A stretch of DNA of 64,000 bases. Origin: a virus. Shown here piece by piece: positions 47,023-58,503 of this stretch. The stretch's first letter is position 1; the number at the start of each line of letters is the position of its first letter. The position numbers and the translations under genes were made by a program. The DNA lies in IMG/VR virus record IMGVR_UViG_3300003323_000307, positions 7,669 to 71,668 of that record; one strand, written 5' to 3'. The notes under the pieces were generated by a model. That model searched no databases, was not told the DNA's origin, and worked only from the letters and a program-made list of their open reading frames with translations.

Positions 47023-47859
47023 AGGCCCTCCTGTGAGCTGTGGGAGAGAGCTGTGAGAGGGGGTTTTCCCTGGTCTGGAAGTATTGAAACATCTTGATAC
47101 AAGTAGTTGCCCCGGGAAACCATGTGTACTTTGAGGATGAGGAAACTGAGGACGTTTGAGGACTGGCTGAAACCGCCTCTCCCCTCGCGCTATACGCGGG
47201 AAGATCCTTTTACTACTATTTAATATAGTATTGGTGTCTGACCTGCGGTTTTGTCCTGAGGAGGGGTTGGAGAGGGTTATATGGAATCGTACTCGTACAC
47301 AGGTACTCAGGTTGCCCCAGACAACCGTTTTAGGGGTTTTTTGGTGCAAAGTCCGTGTTTACTCGGGCTAAAGTGTACCTGTCCGTACTCAGGTTTTGAG
47401 GGGGATAAATGGATTTGAACGGGTTCAAAAAGATCTCTGAGGCTTGGCACCTTGCACGTGTTAGGTCAAGGGTTCTGACTAAGCGCTTGCTTAGTCTGTT
47501 CGGCATTGTCGAACGCTCTGGTGTTGTGTCAGATTACCCGGAAGTAACATGATGGAGTGTGAACTACTAATTTGCTACTAATTTGTCCCGGGTTAGTAGT
47601 TCGCGGGTTCAAGGCGGGCTGTGATGATCTTTTTTCATGCTGTTGGCCCACGTTTCTTTGAGGACGTACCGGTGTCGTGGTAATGGGGGTGGTTCACAGG
47701 GAGGGGGAGAGGGGGCGAGATGGTGAACGCTTTCACAAGGTGAACAGGATCCGGGTTGTTCTGTCTGTCCGGGATTCGGCATGGAAAAGGTGCGGCTGTT
47801 GAAAGAGGCCCTGTGAAATACGGCGTACAGAAATACCGGGCAGAGGTCTTTTCACACAA

Positions 47860-48280
47860 CCGGGGTAATGGGGTAGGTCCTGATACAGGGGGTGGGGTAG
47901 GGGAGGATAGGAGGACTATGGGGGTATGGAGGCGGGGGTTATCAGCCGGGCATTACATATCCGTGCATAGATGTATGTGCATGGATTGTGTACTTGATTT
48001 AGTTCAATGTTTTATTGTTGTGTATAAATGTACATGTTTACTTCTTTGTTTAAGTGGGTATGGGTAGAGGCTAGGGGGTGGGTGTGGTAGGGGGTATGGG
48101 GTGGGGTAGGTGGGGTGGGTACCGTGGGGTATGTATGGGTACATACGAGGTATAGGGTGATGGGATAGGTATTGAATAGATTATTTCATTTAATTTCTTT
48201 TTGAAATAAAAATAAATAAAAATAAAAATTTAAAATAAAAATTAATTTAATTTATTTGCAATGCATTTAGTGTTTATTAG
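47860..48280. repeat. low-complexity G-rich tracts followed by an AT-rich tract
   Basis: GGGGGTGGGTGTGGTAGGGGGTATGGGGTGGGGTAGGTGGGGTGGG, then AAATAAAAATAAATAAAAATAAAAATTT. Confidence 0.8.
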
Positions 48281-48406
48281 GGTCCCTAAAGAGGTTTGGA
48301 GCCCCGGGAATTTTGAGGTGATTTCCATTTTAGGTACCCGTGTTTTCTGAGCGGTGATCTCCCTCGAAATTTTTGAAATAATTTCCAGATAAAGAAAACA
48401 TAAAGA

Positions 48407-50258
48407 CTAAGCCCTCTCCCAGCGTAGGAATTTCCCTATTTTGTCTGAGGTGACAGGGCGGCAGAAATGGCACGCAATGGAGTCTCCGTACCACCATTTG
48501 GGTTTTTCCTGTTCGAAGTGAACCAGGCACAGGGGCTGAGGACAGCCACAGGGGGTGGAGATGATACCCAGCATGACCGGTTCACAGGAGCAACCGTTGT
48601 ACAGGCAGACCCCTCTGTCGGAGGTGGACAGGGAGAGGTCTACATCCAGGTTGGCGGCAAAGCCTGCTGTTGTATTTGTCATGGGTTCCTCTGCTGCTTC
48701 TCCATACGGGGCCAGGTATACCCGCAGTCACAGGTCTTGCCGGAATGACACAGACACTCACAGTGTCCCGCACTCTGGCAGTACTCATTGCCACAGTCGG
48801 AGTAGTCACAGATGGACGAGGCAGCCCCGTTTCTACAGGCATAGGGGTATACCAGGGATGTGCAGTTCTCATGATTGTGGGCCATCAGTCTCCCCCTCCC
48901 ACTGGTGGTGTTGGTCTTTAGGCTGCCATTCGTGAATCCAGCCTCCATGGTCGTGGATGCAGCAGCCGCAGAGGGAGCAGCGGCAATCGGATATGCGGGT
49001 GCACAGGTATCCGTTATAAGCGGCAGTCATCACAGTCTCCACAGGCATCCAGGTCGGAAGCGTCTACCGCTCCACAGCCCAAACCCCACTCGTCTTCCAC
49101 ATGGCAGATACACTCACAGGTGATTACGTCCCCGTGAATATCCGTCCCGATATAGTTCTCCCACTGGCAGCACATGAACTCAAGACAGTTGCACGGAGCA
49201 TCAGGGTTGTCATGGTCCGGGCAGTGTTCGCAGATGCCGCACCAGTCACAGGTAGGGTAATTCACTAGTTCTTCCAATGAGCGTCGATGTAACCGTGTTC
49301 CAGGAGCCGGTTCCATTCAGACCTCCCGATGAGGTGTTCCTTGCAGTTGGAGCATCGCCATATGAAGTACCGGGGGTGGGGCTCCAGCTCCGTAAGCACA
49401 CAGTTGGGGCATTCCCAGTAAGCGTCACCGTACATCAGTCATTTCTTTCTGTTCAGAAACTGGCAGGCCAGACAGAACCTACAAGGCACCGGCTTCTTTT
49501 TCTTGGGGAGACAGTCCCGGGTACAAACCTCACAGACTAGTTTCATCTGAGGATTCCAATCCTTGGGCTTTTCCGAATTCGACCAGCTTCAGGTACATGT
49601 CCGACAGTTCGTTCATAGCGGCCCACAGCTTGTCCTTGGTGGTTTCATAGTTATCCCCCTCGATGCCTGGGTCACACTCCCAGCCGCCGTCCCCGTATTT
49701 GGCGGAGAAGGACCAGTCCGGGAAGTCCGGAGGCCGTCGCCAGGCATAGACCCACCAGTCTCCGTCTTCCGTCTCTCGGATATTAGCTTGTTCAGAAACC
49801 GCACTCATAGCATTTCTCCACATCGAGGTCCGCACAAATTTCACAGTCTATAGGGCTTCCGTAGGGCCTCTCTATACCAGCCAGCCGTACCCCGCACAGG
49901 GCATAAGTTTCAAAAGGTACCACTACTGGATAACAGATGGCACAGGAGAGGTGGGTCACCAGTTCGGAACCGGTGAGTTCGACCTCTACGTCAGGCAGGG
50001 TCTCAGTGGTGGTCATGATACTCCATGCCATAGCCAGGGACCTTGTATCTCTTCCGGTCCTGCCCAGAATTTGCCGCAGGCAAAGCAGGCCACCAGTTCC
50101 CCGTAAACGTCATCGATGTCTAGTTCCGGACCTGCCTGGGGGAGATATACCACATGAGCCTTACGATCCAGAAGGGCAGGGCTCTCAGAACAAGCCGGAA
50201 AATCACCGATCATGCGAAACCTCCGAAGATCTGTACAGGATACCCTTGCTGGCGGCAA
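48407..50258 (-). CDS. cluster of small Cys-rich hypothetical genes
   Basis: Coupled ORFs such as 48407-48682, 48679-, 49014-, 49530- and 49792-, most with several CxxC motifs. Confidence 0.45.
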
Positions 50259-50602
50259 CGGCGGATCATGTCCCAGGTACCTGAACCCTGCCTGTCATCG
50301 CACTCGGGCCAGGCCAGGACATGGTGAGGGTGGAACTCGTCCAGCATACGCTGGTTGCGCATAGGCCCGGCTGACCTTCCGAGGGACCAGTCCGCTTTGA
50401 AGGTGACCACCGATATAGCGTGGTTCTCTGCCCAGGCTAGGGCTATGGCGTCCACGCCAGACGCCCCGCCCTGTGAAATGATCAGGTCATCAGAGAAGTG
50501 ACGGCCGACTTGGACAACATTGGCCAGCTCTTCGTAGATCTCGTGTTTACGAGACCAAGGGAAGTCCCGGCTACCTGTGACAAGGACTCTGTATGCCATC
50601 AT
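50210..50602 (-). CDS. SLOG-family (DUF2493/YspA-like) protein
   Basis: VLVTGSRDF, GGASGVD, AGPMRNQRM, GTWDMI. Confidence 0.8.
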   Translation of the reverse strand: MMAYRVLVTGSRDFPWSRKHEIYEELANVVQVGRHFSDDLIISQGGASGVDAIALAWAENHAISVVTFKADWSLGRSAGPMRNQRMLDEFHPHHVLAWPECDDRQGSGTWDMIRRCRQQGYPVQIFGGFA

Positions 50603-50855
50603 GACCTCCAGCTTCCTACTGCTCCTGGATGGGGGATCCGGTTGGGTGATACAGCATATCTGGGGCGGTCTAGGGGCTTTTCACAGATCCAGCAGTTGAG
50701 CTCTTCCCGTGCACCGTAAACATCACAGACGGAGCAGACACGGTAGTAGGCCGAATAGGTACTTTCGTCGAACCCCTCATTGCAGGGTTTGAACCAGAGC
50801 CAGTCCATTGGTTCCTCCGGCTCTATCCCAGGCAGGCTATCCCGTTGTTTGGGCA

Positions 50856-51068
50856 TCAGTCACCCTTGGATTTCCAGGTCCTGTAGACCTTACCCCACCC
50901 CTGCCCCTTGAAATGGGTGGCAGCAGGGCGGAAAACCTTGTGCAAATAGCCCTGACAACCCAGTTCTTCCAAGTTTGGGCAGGTGTTCCAGTCCATAGTC
51001 TCTGCCATAGGATGCTTGAACTCGAAGATAAAGTTGCACAGGCTGCACTTGTAGTCGAAAGAAGGCAT
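50856..51068 (-). CDS. FmdB-family zinc-ribbon protein
   Basis: MPSFDYKCSLC..FE..CP..HFKGQGW. Confidence 0.8.
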   Translation of the reverse strand: MPSFDYKCSLCNFIFEFKHPMAETMDWNTCPNLEELGCQGYLHKVFRPAATHFKGQGWGKVYRTWKSKGD

Positions 51069-52105
51069 TAGTTTTCCTCCGCAACCCTACCGTAAAACAC
51101 GTTTTCATGCCATTTGATGTGAAGAAGGCCCATCCGGAGGGCTGTCTCCCAGTAAAGAGAATTCCCCGCGTTGGTTTTGACGCCGTTGCAGACATGTCGG
51201 GTACACTCCCAGCGCCAGACTGGGGTCACTCCCGTCTCATCCAGCTCGTGAGACCTGAAAATAGTGATCATCGTCGGTGTTTCCCGCAGTAGAGGGGCCA
51301 TCGGCCACGTGCATGGGGGCGGACAAGCAGAGCATCACAGGTCTTGCAGCGTCGAACGATGCCCTTACTGTCTGTACTACCCAGCTCAGCGACGTCCAAA
51401 ACCTCCGGGATGTGGTTTCTCGGGGGAATTTCCGGGTTCCGGCAGTCACAGCCAGGGCACACACAGCCACCAGAGCTTGTAAGGCAGCAAGATTCGTTAC
51501 ACAGACAGCTGAGGTAGCCTCCGGGGCCGAAATTGAAGTGTACTTCGGTCGTGTGAGGCTGGTAAGGGTCATAATTCATGATTTTGCCCACTTCATGGCC
51601 TGGGTCACTAGCATCCAGTAGAGTGCTATTGGCCAGATGGAACCCAAAAGAACCAAGAGACCCATCAGCATAACCGGATATTGATCCAGAGCAGCTCCTA
51701 CCACACTATCAGCAGACCAGGTACTGAGTACCAGGTACATGTAACCGAGCATACCGATAAGGTACAGCCCAACAGCAATAGGAATAAGAATCATAGTGCC
51801 CTCAGTTTAGGTAGTTTCATGAATTTTCCGCAGTTGAAGCAATTTACGTGTCGGGTGGATCTGTCGCACTCGGCGTAGAACTCCACCTGGCAGGGATAAC
51901 ATTTGAACCTTATCCAGGAAACCGCTTCTGAACCTGGAGACAGCTTGTATATATCAGGCCGGAACCACAGCCAGTCCACTGAACCATCTTCTGGAACTTG
52001 CCCGGGTTCGGGTTTCCACCAGAGATTATCTGCAAAAAGCATAGTCATAACCCTCCTGGGCTATATCTGGTAAAATAAACCCCATATGTTTAGAGAGGGT
52101 GCACT

Positions 52106-52747
52106 ATGTCTGAACAGGATTGGTATGAGGTCGAGGATGATACCGAAGATGATGATATCACCGAGGCCAGTACAGAGCTAGCCAAGGTCGGCAAGCAGAT
52201 GCCGGACACTCTAACCGTCCGGTGGATCCACGCTCAGCTCCCTAAAGAGACCTGGGACTGGGTCAAGGACACCAAGCCCAAGTGCAAGATCAACGGGTAC
52301 TTGATCAAGGCTATGTCCGACGATGCCAAGAAGGGCGCCAGCAAGCGAGCCATCATGGCCAAGGCTGGATACAACGTGGCTACGTGGGGTGTCTGGGAGC
52401 GCAAGGCCATGGAAGGGGAGCAACCGTACCTCCTCTGGTATCAGTGCATGATGCACTCCTTTGCCTCTGTAGAAGATGAGCTGCTGGAAGCAGTGCGCAT
52501 GAGCGCGTCCACGGACTGGCGTGCGGCCAAGTGGATGCTGGAGCAGATCAACAAGGACGAGTACAGTCCTACCCCCAAGAACCAGACCGTAAACATCGCA
52601 GGGGACGTCAACACCAAGTCCAAGACCTCTGTGAACTACATGTCCGATGAGACAGCCGTAGAGGTGGCCCAGCTCCTACAGCAGTTCGGAGTAGTCCCTC
52701 AGCTAGAGAACGTGGTAGAGGGTGAGGTGATCGACGATGAGTCATGA
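52106..52747 (+). CDS. terminase small subunit
   Basis: HTH-like region, DWRAAKWMLE motif; lies upstream of TerL. Confidence 0.65.
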   Translation: MSEQDWYEVEDDTEDDDITEASTELAKVGKQMPDTLTVRWIHAQLPKETWDWVKDTKPKCKINGYLIKAMSDDAKKGASKRAIMAKAGYNVATWGVWERKAMEGEQPYLLWYQCMMHSFASVEDELLEAVRMSASTDWRAAKWMLEQINKDEYSPTPKNQTVNIAGDVNTKSKTSVNYMSDETAVEVAQLLQQFGVVPQLENVVEGEVIDDES

Positions 52748-52847
52748 GCATGAGTGGGATCTTGCAGACGGGTGTGACTTCTGCGGGGATGATCATTGTC
52801 TAGTTGTCTGCCCCTGTGGGGCAGAGGACAGAGCGTGCGATGAGTGA
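52737..52847 (+). CDS. 36-aa Cys/His-rich mini-ORF between terS and terL
   Basis: MSHEHEWDLADGCDFCGDDHCLVVCPCGAEDRACDE; overlaps both neighbours. Confidence 0.45.
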   Translation: MSHEHEWDLADGCDFCGDDHCLVVCPCGAEDRACDE

Positions 52848-54216
52848 CCTCAAGGCTCTCAAGTCTGCCCTCAACCTGAACCTGCCCGACCAGTACGTAC
52901 CCTGGCGCCCTACCGCTCACCAGTCAGCTTTCCTCCTTGTGCCCAACCGTGAGGCGTTCTATGGAGGAGCGGCCGGTGGTGGCAAGTCCATTGCTCTTCT
53001 TATGGGGGCTCTACAGTACGTGGACCAGCCGGGCTACAACGCCCTTTTGATCCGACGCACTTTCAAGGATCTCTCTCAGCCTGAAGCTCTAATCGACATT
53101 AGTAAAGAGTGGTTGAGTAACACGGATGCAAAGTGGAACCAGTCCGAGCATAAATGGTCCTTCCCCTCAGGTGCTGTCCTCCAGTTCGGCCATATGGAGA
53201 ATGAGAACGACAAATACCAGTACCAGGGTGCCGCATACCACTACGTAGGCTTCGACGAGCTTACCCAGTTCTCTGAAGGCATGTACACCTACCTTCTGTC
53301 TCGTGTGCGTCGTCGTACCACGGATCAGTCGACTTTCCCCCTGCGGGTCCGTGGGGCAGCAAACCCGGGTGGTGTAGGCCACGAGTGGGTGAAGCGACGG
53401 TTCATTGAGCTTCCTGAAGACGATGACGTGGACGAGGAGGAGGAGGCCAAGTTTGCAGAGCGAGTCTTCATCCCTTCAGGTTTGAATGACAACCCCCACC
53501 TTGACCGTGAAAACTATCGGCAGATGCTTAATGAGCTTGACCTAGTCACACGCAAACAGCTGATGAACGGTGACTGGGACATCGCCGGTGACGGCAATAT
53601 GTTCAAGCGAGAGTGGTTCGACAACCGAATTATCACAGAGATCCCCAGAGGGGTAACCCTGCGCCGTATCGTGAGGTACTGGGATCTAGCCTCCACGGAC
53701 GAAGAGAAGGCTATCAAGGAGAAAGGTGATCCGGATTACACAGCATCTGTACTCCAAGCTCTGGGGGATGACGGCAACGTTTATATCCTCGAAGTTACTA
53801 GAGATCGGTTGTCGCCTGCTGCTGTGGAGCGACTGGTTCGCTCAAAGGCAGAACGCGACGGCAGAACCGGAGTCGCGATCTGGATGGAGCAGGAACCAGG
53901 AAGTTCCGGTGTCGCCACCATCCACACCTATCGCAAACTCATGCTCGGATTCAATTTCCGTGGGGACAAACCCTCAGGAAGCAAAATTGAGCGAGCAAGA
54001 ACAGCAAGCGCTGCATGTGAGAACGGCCTGGTATATATTGTTCGGGGAGCCAAAACAAAAGCCTTCCTGAACGAACTGGAAGCTTTCCCTGTCGGTGCTC
54101 ATGACGATATGGTTGATGCCTTTTCGGGTGGGCTCATCAAGATATCCGAATCAGCCGATATTGGGAAACCTAGAACTAATAACAATAAGCGCCGTAAAAA
54201 GAGCATCTGGGACTGA
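52840..54216 (+). CDS. terL: terminase large subunit
   Basis: YGGAAGGGKS, GFDELTQF, ANPGG.GH.WVK, WDLA, HDDMVDA. Confidence 0.93.
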   Translation: MSDLKALKSALNLNLPDQYVPWRPTAHQSAFLLVPNREAFYGGAAGGGKSIALLMGALQYVDQPGYNALLIRRTFKDLSQPEALIDISKEWLSNTDAKWNQSEHKWSFPSGAVLQFGHMENENDKYQYQGAAYHYVGFDELTQFSEGMYTYLLSRVRRRTTDQSTFPLRVRGAANPGGVGHEWVKRRFIELPEDDDVDEEEEAKFAERVFIPSGLNDNPHLDRENYRQMLNELDLVTRKQLMNGDWDIAGDGNMFKREWFDNRIITEIPRGVTLRRIVRYWDLASTDEEKAIKEKGDPDYTASVLQALGDDGNVYILEVTRDRLSPAAVERLVRSKAERDGRTGVAIWMEQEPGSSGVATIHTYRKLMLGFNFRGDKPSGSKIERARTASAACENGLVYIVRGAKTKAFLNELEAFPVGAHDDMVDAFSGGLIKISESADIGKPRTNNNKRRKKSIWD

Positions 54217-54264
54217 TGATGATACAATTGGGTTTGACTATTGTCTTGATCCGAAAGGGCTGCC

Positions 54265-55872
54265 ATGGGCTTGTGGGGTAACATGTGGGGCAGCTCTGGA
54301 TATAACACTATTCCAGAGTTCACTAATAAGGCTGCCGAACGCCAGAAGCGCCTAGATCAGTACAAGAAGTCCTGGGAAGCCTATCTGGCTGAACTTCCGG
54401 ACCCTATCGTTATTGACAGTGCTGCCAATGACAACGTCAAAGTCAACCCAGCACGCGCCATGGTCAACACAGGGGTTTACTTCCTGTTTGGGAATGAGCT
54501 TAAATTCCAGGATTCCGCTGATGCCGCCCGACGGTTCGGGGACCAGCAGACTTCTGATTCATCTTCCCCTAATAAAGATCTGAAAGCTTCTGATCCCACA
54601 TATCTGCAAAAGCTGAATAAAGCGTGGAAGGCCAACCGTAAGGGGTCCTTCCTTTTCAATTTAGGGCTTTCAGGTGCTATTCACGGTACCCCCTTTGTGA
54701 AGATTCTCCCCAATGCTGCTGGTATAAACAATGAATACCCTCGTCTCGTGCTTCTGGATCCAGCTAACGTAGATGTTGAATGGGATCCTAACGACTGCAC
54801 CAAGGTTCTGAAATACATCATTGAGTACATCACAGAGGATGCGAACGGCAAGCCCGTAGTTCGCTCTCAGGAGATTACTGCCAATCAGAACGAGGTTGGT
54901 ATAATCGAGAGCTGGTCCATGCAGGACTACGAGCAGTCGATGACGTGGGTTCTCAATACTGGGTGGGTTCCGGTTATGGAAGACCGCACCCCAGTCGGCC
55001 CTGAAGAGATCTGGCCTTATTCCTGGGCGCCTGTCGAGCACTGCCAGAACCTGGAACTGCCTCACATGTTCTGGGGGCTCCCGGACCTGGATGAATCCTC
55101 TGTAGAGGTCATCGAGTCCTACCAGCGGGCTATGTCCTCCCTGAACAAGATCGTGCGAATCCACGCTTCACCCCGTATGTTCGCCAAGAACGTCATGCCT
55201 GACCAGATCACAGACATCGACGTCTCAGCCGACAACATCATCACCCTCCCCAACATGGAGGCAGATCTCAACGTTCTGCAAACCCTGGGGAACCTCAGCC
55301 CGTCTATCCAGTACACGGACAAGATGATGGCTGACCTGATGAAGATGATGCAGGTACCGCCGATCGCCCTGGGTGACTTCGAATCGGCCTCGACTGCTAT
55401 CTCCGGTGTGACACTCTCTATCCTTTATGCCCCCCTCCTTCAGAAGACCGAGCTCAAGCGGATCTCCTACGGGGACATGATTGAGCGCATCAACCAGAAG
55501 ATGCTGACCCTCATGGGTTTCGTAGAGGACGACTGGGAGAACCTTCTCCTTGTCTGGCCAGAGGCCATGCCTGGTTCGGCTTATCTGGAACGCCAGACTC
55601 TCCAGCAAGACCAGCAGATGGGTGCTTCACGGTACACCATTATGTCTCGTCTTGGTTATGACCCGGTTGAAGAGCAGGGCCACGCGATGAAGGAACAGGA
55701 ACAGCTTCTGGAACTCCAGAAGAAATATGCCCCTGAGCCTGCATTTGGTAGTGGCAAGCCCCCGGGTGGTAACAACAACCCTGCCGGGAACGGCAACAAA
55801 AACGGCAGCATGGGTGGAACCAAGGCTGCGGGAACCCCGAAATCTCCTTCGGGGAGCAATCCAACTAAATAG
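54265..55872 (+). CDS. portal protein (SPP1-like)
   Basis: Follows TerL; 535 aa; SGVTL..LY.PL..K motif. Confidence 0.8.
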   Translation: MGLWGNMWGSSGYNTIPEFTNKAAERQKRLDQYKKSWEAYLAELPDPIVIDSAANDNVKVNPARAMVNTGVYFLFGNELKFQDSADAARRFGDQQTSDSSSPNKDLKASDPTYLQKLNKAWKANRKGSFLFNLGLSGAIHGTPFVKILPNAAGINNEYPRLVLLDPANVDVEWDPNDCTKVLKYIIEYITEDANGKPVVRSQEITANQNEVGIIESWSMQDYEQSMTWVLNTGWVPVMEDRTPVGPEEIWPYSWAPVEHCQNLELPHMFWGLPDLDESSVEVIESYQRAMSSLNKIVRIHASPRMFAKNVMPDQITDIDVSADNIITLPNMEADLNVLQTLGNLSPSIQYTDKMMADLMKMMQVPPIALGDFESASTAISGVTLSILYAPLLQKTELKRISYGDMIERINQKMLTLMGFVEDDWENLLLVWPEAMPGSAYLERQTLQQDQQMGASRYTIMSRLGYDPVEEQGHAMKEQEQLLELQKKYAPEPAFGSGKPPGGNNNPAGNGNKNGSMGGTKAAGTPKSPSGSNPTK

Positions 55873-55945
55873 CCGTTATATTAATGTATAATGGCAATCG
55901 TAACTAATACGGCTTGATGCTGTGTATTAGAAGGGCAAAGGCTAG

Positions 55946-56587
55946 ATGCCAGAGGAAATTGTTACGGAAAACAGTGCTGACCCGACTATTGTCTCCACCA
56001 GTACTGAAAAGAAGGTCGATGAGGTAACTCCTTCGACCGTTAAAGAAGAATCTAAGACTTTCGACAAGGAGTACGTCGAGAGCCTGCGGAACGAGGCCGC
56101 TTCATGGCGGACCAAGCTCCGGGAGATGGAAACTCAGTTCTCCAGCGTACAGACCCAGCTAAAGGAATTCCAGGACGCCCAGCTCACAGAGCAGGAGAAG
56201 TTCACCCGGGATTTCGAGGAAGCCAAGACCAAAGCGACTCAGTTTGAGACTCAGGCGCGAGAAAAGGATCTGGCTCTCCAGATTGCCATGGTTGCACGCG
56301 AAGAGAAGATTGCAGACATTAAGGCTGCGGTTAAGCTTGCCGATCGGGAGCTTATACAGTACGACAACAACGGCCAGGTTTCCAACCTAGCGGATGTTGT
56401 AGCCAGTTTGCGGACCGAATACCCCTCTCTGTTCAATGTCCCAGCTCCTGTAGCCCCCAACCCGGGGACTACCAACCCTGCTAAGGCCCCTTCCGCCACA
56501 AAGTGGACCAGGGAAGACCTGAAGACCATGAGCCCTGAAAAGCGAGTGGAACTTCTCGAAAAGGGCGAATTGAAGCATTTGCTTTAA
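55946..56587 (+). CDS. capsid scaffolding protein
   Basis: YVESLRNEAASWR coiled coil; YPSLF; precedes the major capsid gene. Confidence 0.8.
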   Translation: MPEEIVTENSADPTIVSTSTEKKVDEVTPSTVKEESKTFDKEYVESLRNEAASWRTKLREMETQFSSVQTQLKEFQDAQLTEQEKFTRDFEEAKTKATQFETQAREKDLALQIAMVAREEKIADIKAAVKLADRELIQYDNNGQVSNLADVVASLRTEYPSLFNVPAPVAPNPGTTNPAKAPSATKWTREDLKTMSPEKRVELLEKGELKHLL

Positions 56588-56684
56588 TACGGGGTTACGG
56601 CATCTAGCAATCCTGGTGGTTGTAGAGATGCTGTTTCTGTGAAAGCAAATTCAGCAACTTTGCAACTAAGAAAGGAAGAGCGTA

Positions 56685-57557
56685 ATGGCTCTCGATAACT
56701 TTATTCCCGAGATTTGGTCAGGCCAGCTCCTGGTCAACCTCAAGAATGACCTTGTCTACGCCTCCCCCCAGGTTGCTAACCGCAACTACGAGGGTGAAGT
56801 CTCCGCTTTCGGTGACACGGTCCGAATCAACTCAATCGGCGCGGTTTCTGTCGGTGACTACGTCAAGAACGTTAACCACAGCGCTCCCGAGACCCTGAAC
56901 GACAACCAGCAGGTTCTGGTTATCGACCAGGCCAAGATGTTCAACTTCCAGATCGACGACGTTGACCAGGCCCAGCAGAACCCCAAGCTAATGTCTGCTG
57001 CTATGCGTGAGGCTTCTTACGCTCTTGCCAACGTCACCGACTTGTTCATGGCCTCTCTGCTTAACGCTGCCGTCCCTGCGAGTAACAGCCTAGGCACTAT
57101 AGCTGTAACTAACGACCAGAATGGTTGGGCCTCCATCTACGAAAACTTCGTGGATCTCGGAGTTAAGTTGGACCAGACCAACACCCCCACGGCTGGGCGT
57201 TATGCCGTTGTTACACCTAAGGTCCTGGGTTACCTTCGCAAGGATGCTCGTTTCGCCAGCTTCGGTACTGAGGCTAACCGTAGCCTTATTGCTAACGGCA
57301 TGGTAGGTCGTATCGCTGACTTTGACATTCTGGTTTCAAACCAGGCACCTACCGTCACGGACGCGTCACAGCCCGTGGTACTTGCTGGTCACAACTGGGC
57401 TACGACCTACGCTGACCAGGTTGCCGAAGTTCGTGCCTACCGTCCGGAGCTTCGTTTCGCGGACGCTGTCAAGGGTCTTCACGTCTACGGTGCCAAGGTC
57501 ATCCGTCCGGAGCTTCTTGCCAAGGTCGTCTTCGACTTCCCGGGTACCACCCTCTAA
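56685..57557 (+). CDS. major capsid protein (P22-coat-like)
   Basis: FIPEIWS, NRNYEGE..GDTVRI, DAVKGLHVYGAKVIRPE. Confidence 0.9.
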   Translation: MALDNFIPEIWSGQLLVNLKNDLVYASPQVANRNYEGEVSAFGDTVRINSIGAVSVGDYVKNVNHSAPETLNDNQQVLVIDQAKMFNFQIDDVDQAQQNPKLMSAAMREASYALANVTDLFMASLLNAAVPASNSLGTIAVTNDQNGWASIYENFVDLGVKLDQTNTPTAGRYAVVTPKVLGYLRKDARFASFGTEANRSLIANGMVGRIADFDILVSNQAPTVTDASQPVVLAGHNWATTYADQVAEVRAYRPELRFADAVKGLHVYGAKVIRPELLAKVVFDFPGTTL

Positions 57558-57611
57558 TAACTGAAGTGGGGGAGTAAATAACTCCCCCACATGTAAGTAA
57601 AGGATTTAAAA

Positions 57612-58016
57612 ATGGCTACGTACACCCTTAACCCTCAGAACCTTGTCAAGGACTCTGCTGTCCTTATGGCTGCGGGTCAGGCCACGGTTGCTAACGACGT
57701 TGTCAACGTATCAGCTACTGTTTCAGCCCCCCTTAAAGGTCGTTACCTCATGCTCCACATTACCGGTGGCGGAGCTACGGCTACCGTTACGGTTGGCCGT
57801 GGTACCCAGGGGCAGACTCCGGCTAACCTTGCTCACGGTGGAGCTGACCTTGTCTTCACGGTCGGTGCCGCTGAGACTAAGATTGTCCAGGTTGAACTTG
57901 CCAAATACCTTCAGGTTGGTTCTACCTCTGACCACCTTGGCTTTGTCAGTCTGACCATCACGGGTGCTTCAGCTACCCCCACGGTCCGCGCTGTCCAGCT
58001 CACCAAGGCCGCATAA
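57612..58016 (+). CDS. capsid decoration-like protein
   Basis: Follows the major capsid gene; beta-rich; capsid-like codon usage. Confidence 0.55.
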   Translation: MATYTLNPQNLVKDSAVLMAAGQATVANDVVNVSATVSAPLKGRYLMLHITGGGATATVTVGRGTQGQTPANLAHGGADLVFTVGAAETKIVQVELAKYLQVGSTSDHLGFVSLTITGASATPTVRAVQLTKAA

Positions 58017-58076
58017 GCAGTAACTCTCTTGGTATAATAGAGAGTTGACAAAACTCTCTATTATCAAGGAGCTTAT

Positions 58077-58436
58077 ATGGGTGCGTACTACCCCGTCATT
58101 GACGGGCTTAATAGGACAGAGATATCGGCGAAATACTCCTTCCCGATTTACTTTGACCAGCCTGTGACCAGTTTTAAAATTGAATGGCGATTCCCGTCTG
58201 TTACGTCTAATATGCAGCTTAGACTTCTAGGGGCCGTAAACACCTGGCCAGAGCCTAATGGGTTCGGAGATCCAGAGTTTACAATCTCTAGCAGCATAGT
58301 CCCAGGGGCTATGGTTAATGGGTCTGTGGTTACATACACCTGTAGCCAGCCCACACGTAAAGTCACATTGCAAGTTGTTACGGGTGGCGACGGCGCAGAT
58401 GTGGATAACTGGGCGATTCTTCACCCTGTAAGCTAA
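58077..58436 (+). CDS. hypothetical protein, moron-like
   Basis: Has its own GTATAAT, hairpin and AAGGAG RBS; terminator-like hairpin at 58446-58482. Confidence 0.55.
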   Translation: MGAYYPVIDGLNRTEISAKYSFPIYFDQPVTSFKIEWRFPSVTSNMQLRLLGAVNTWPEPNGFGDPEFTISSSIVPGAMVNGSVVTYTCSQPTRKVTLQVVTGGDGADVDNWAILHPVS

Positions 58437-58503
58437 CCTAAACTACCGGGCCAGGTTCCTGCCCTCGCCTGGCCCGGTTTCTTATGCCTAGAAAGGACAT
58501 ACG

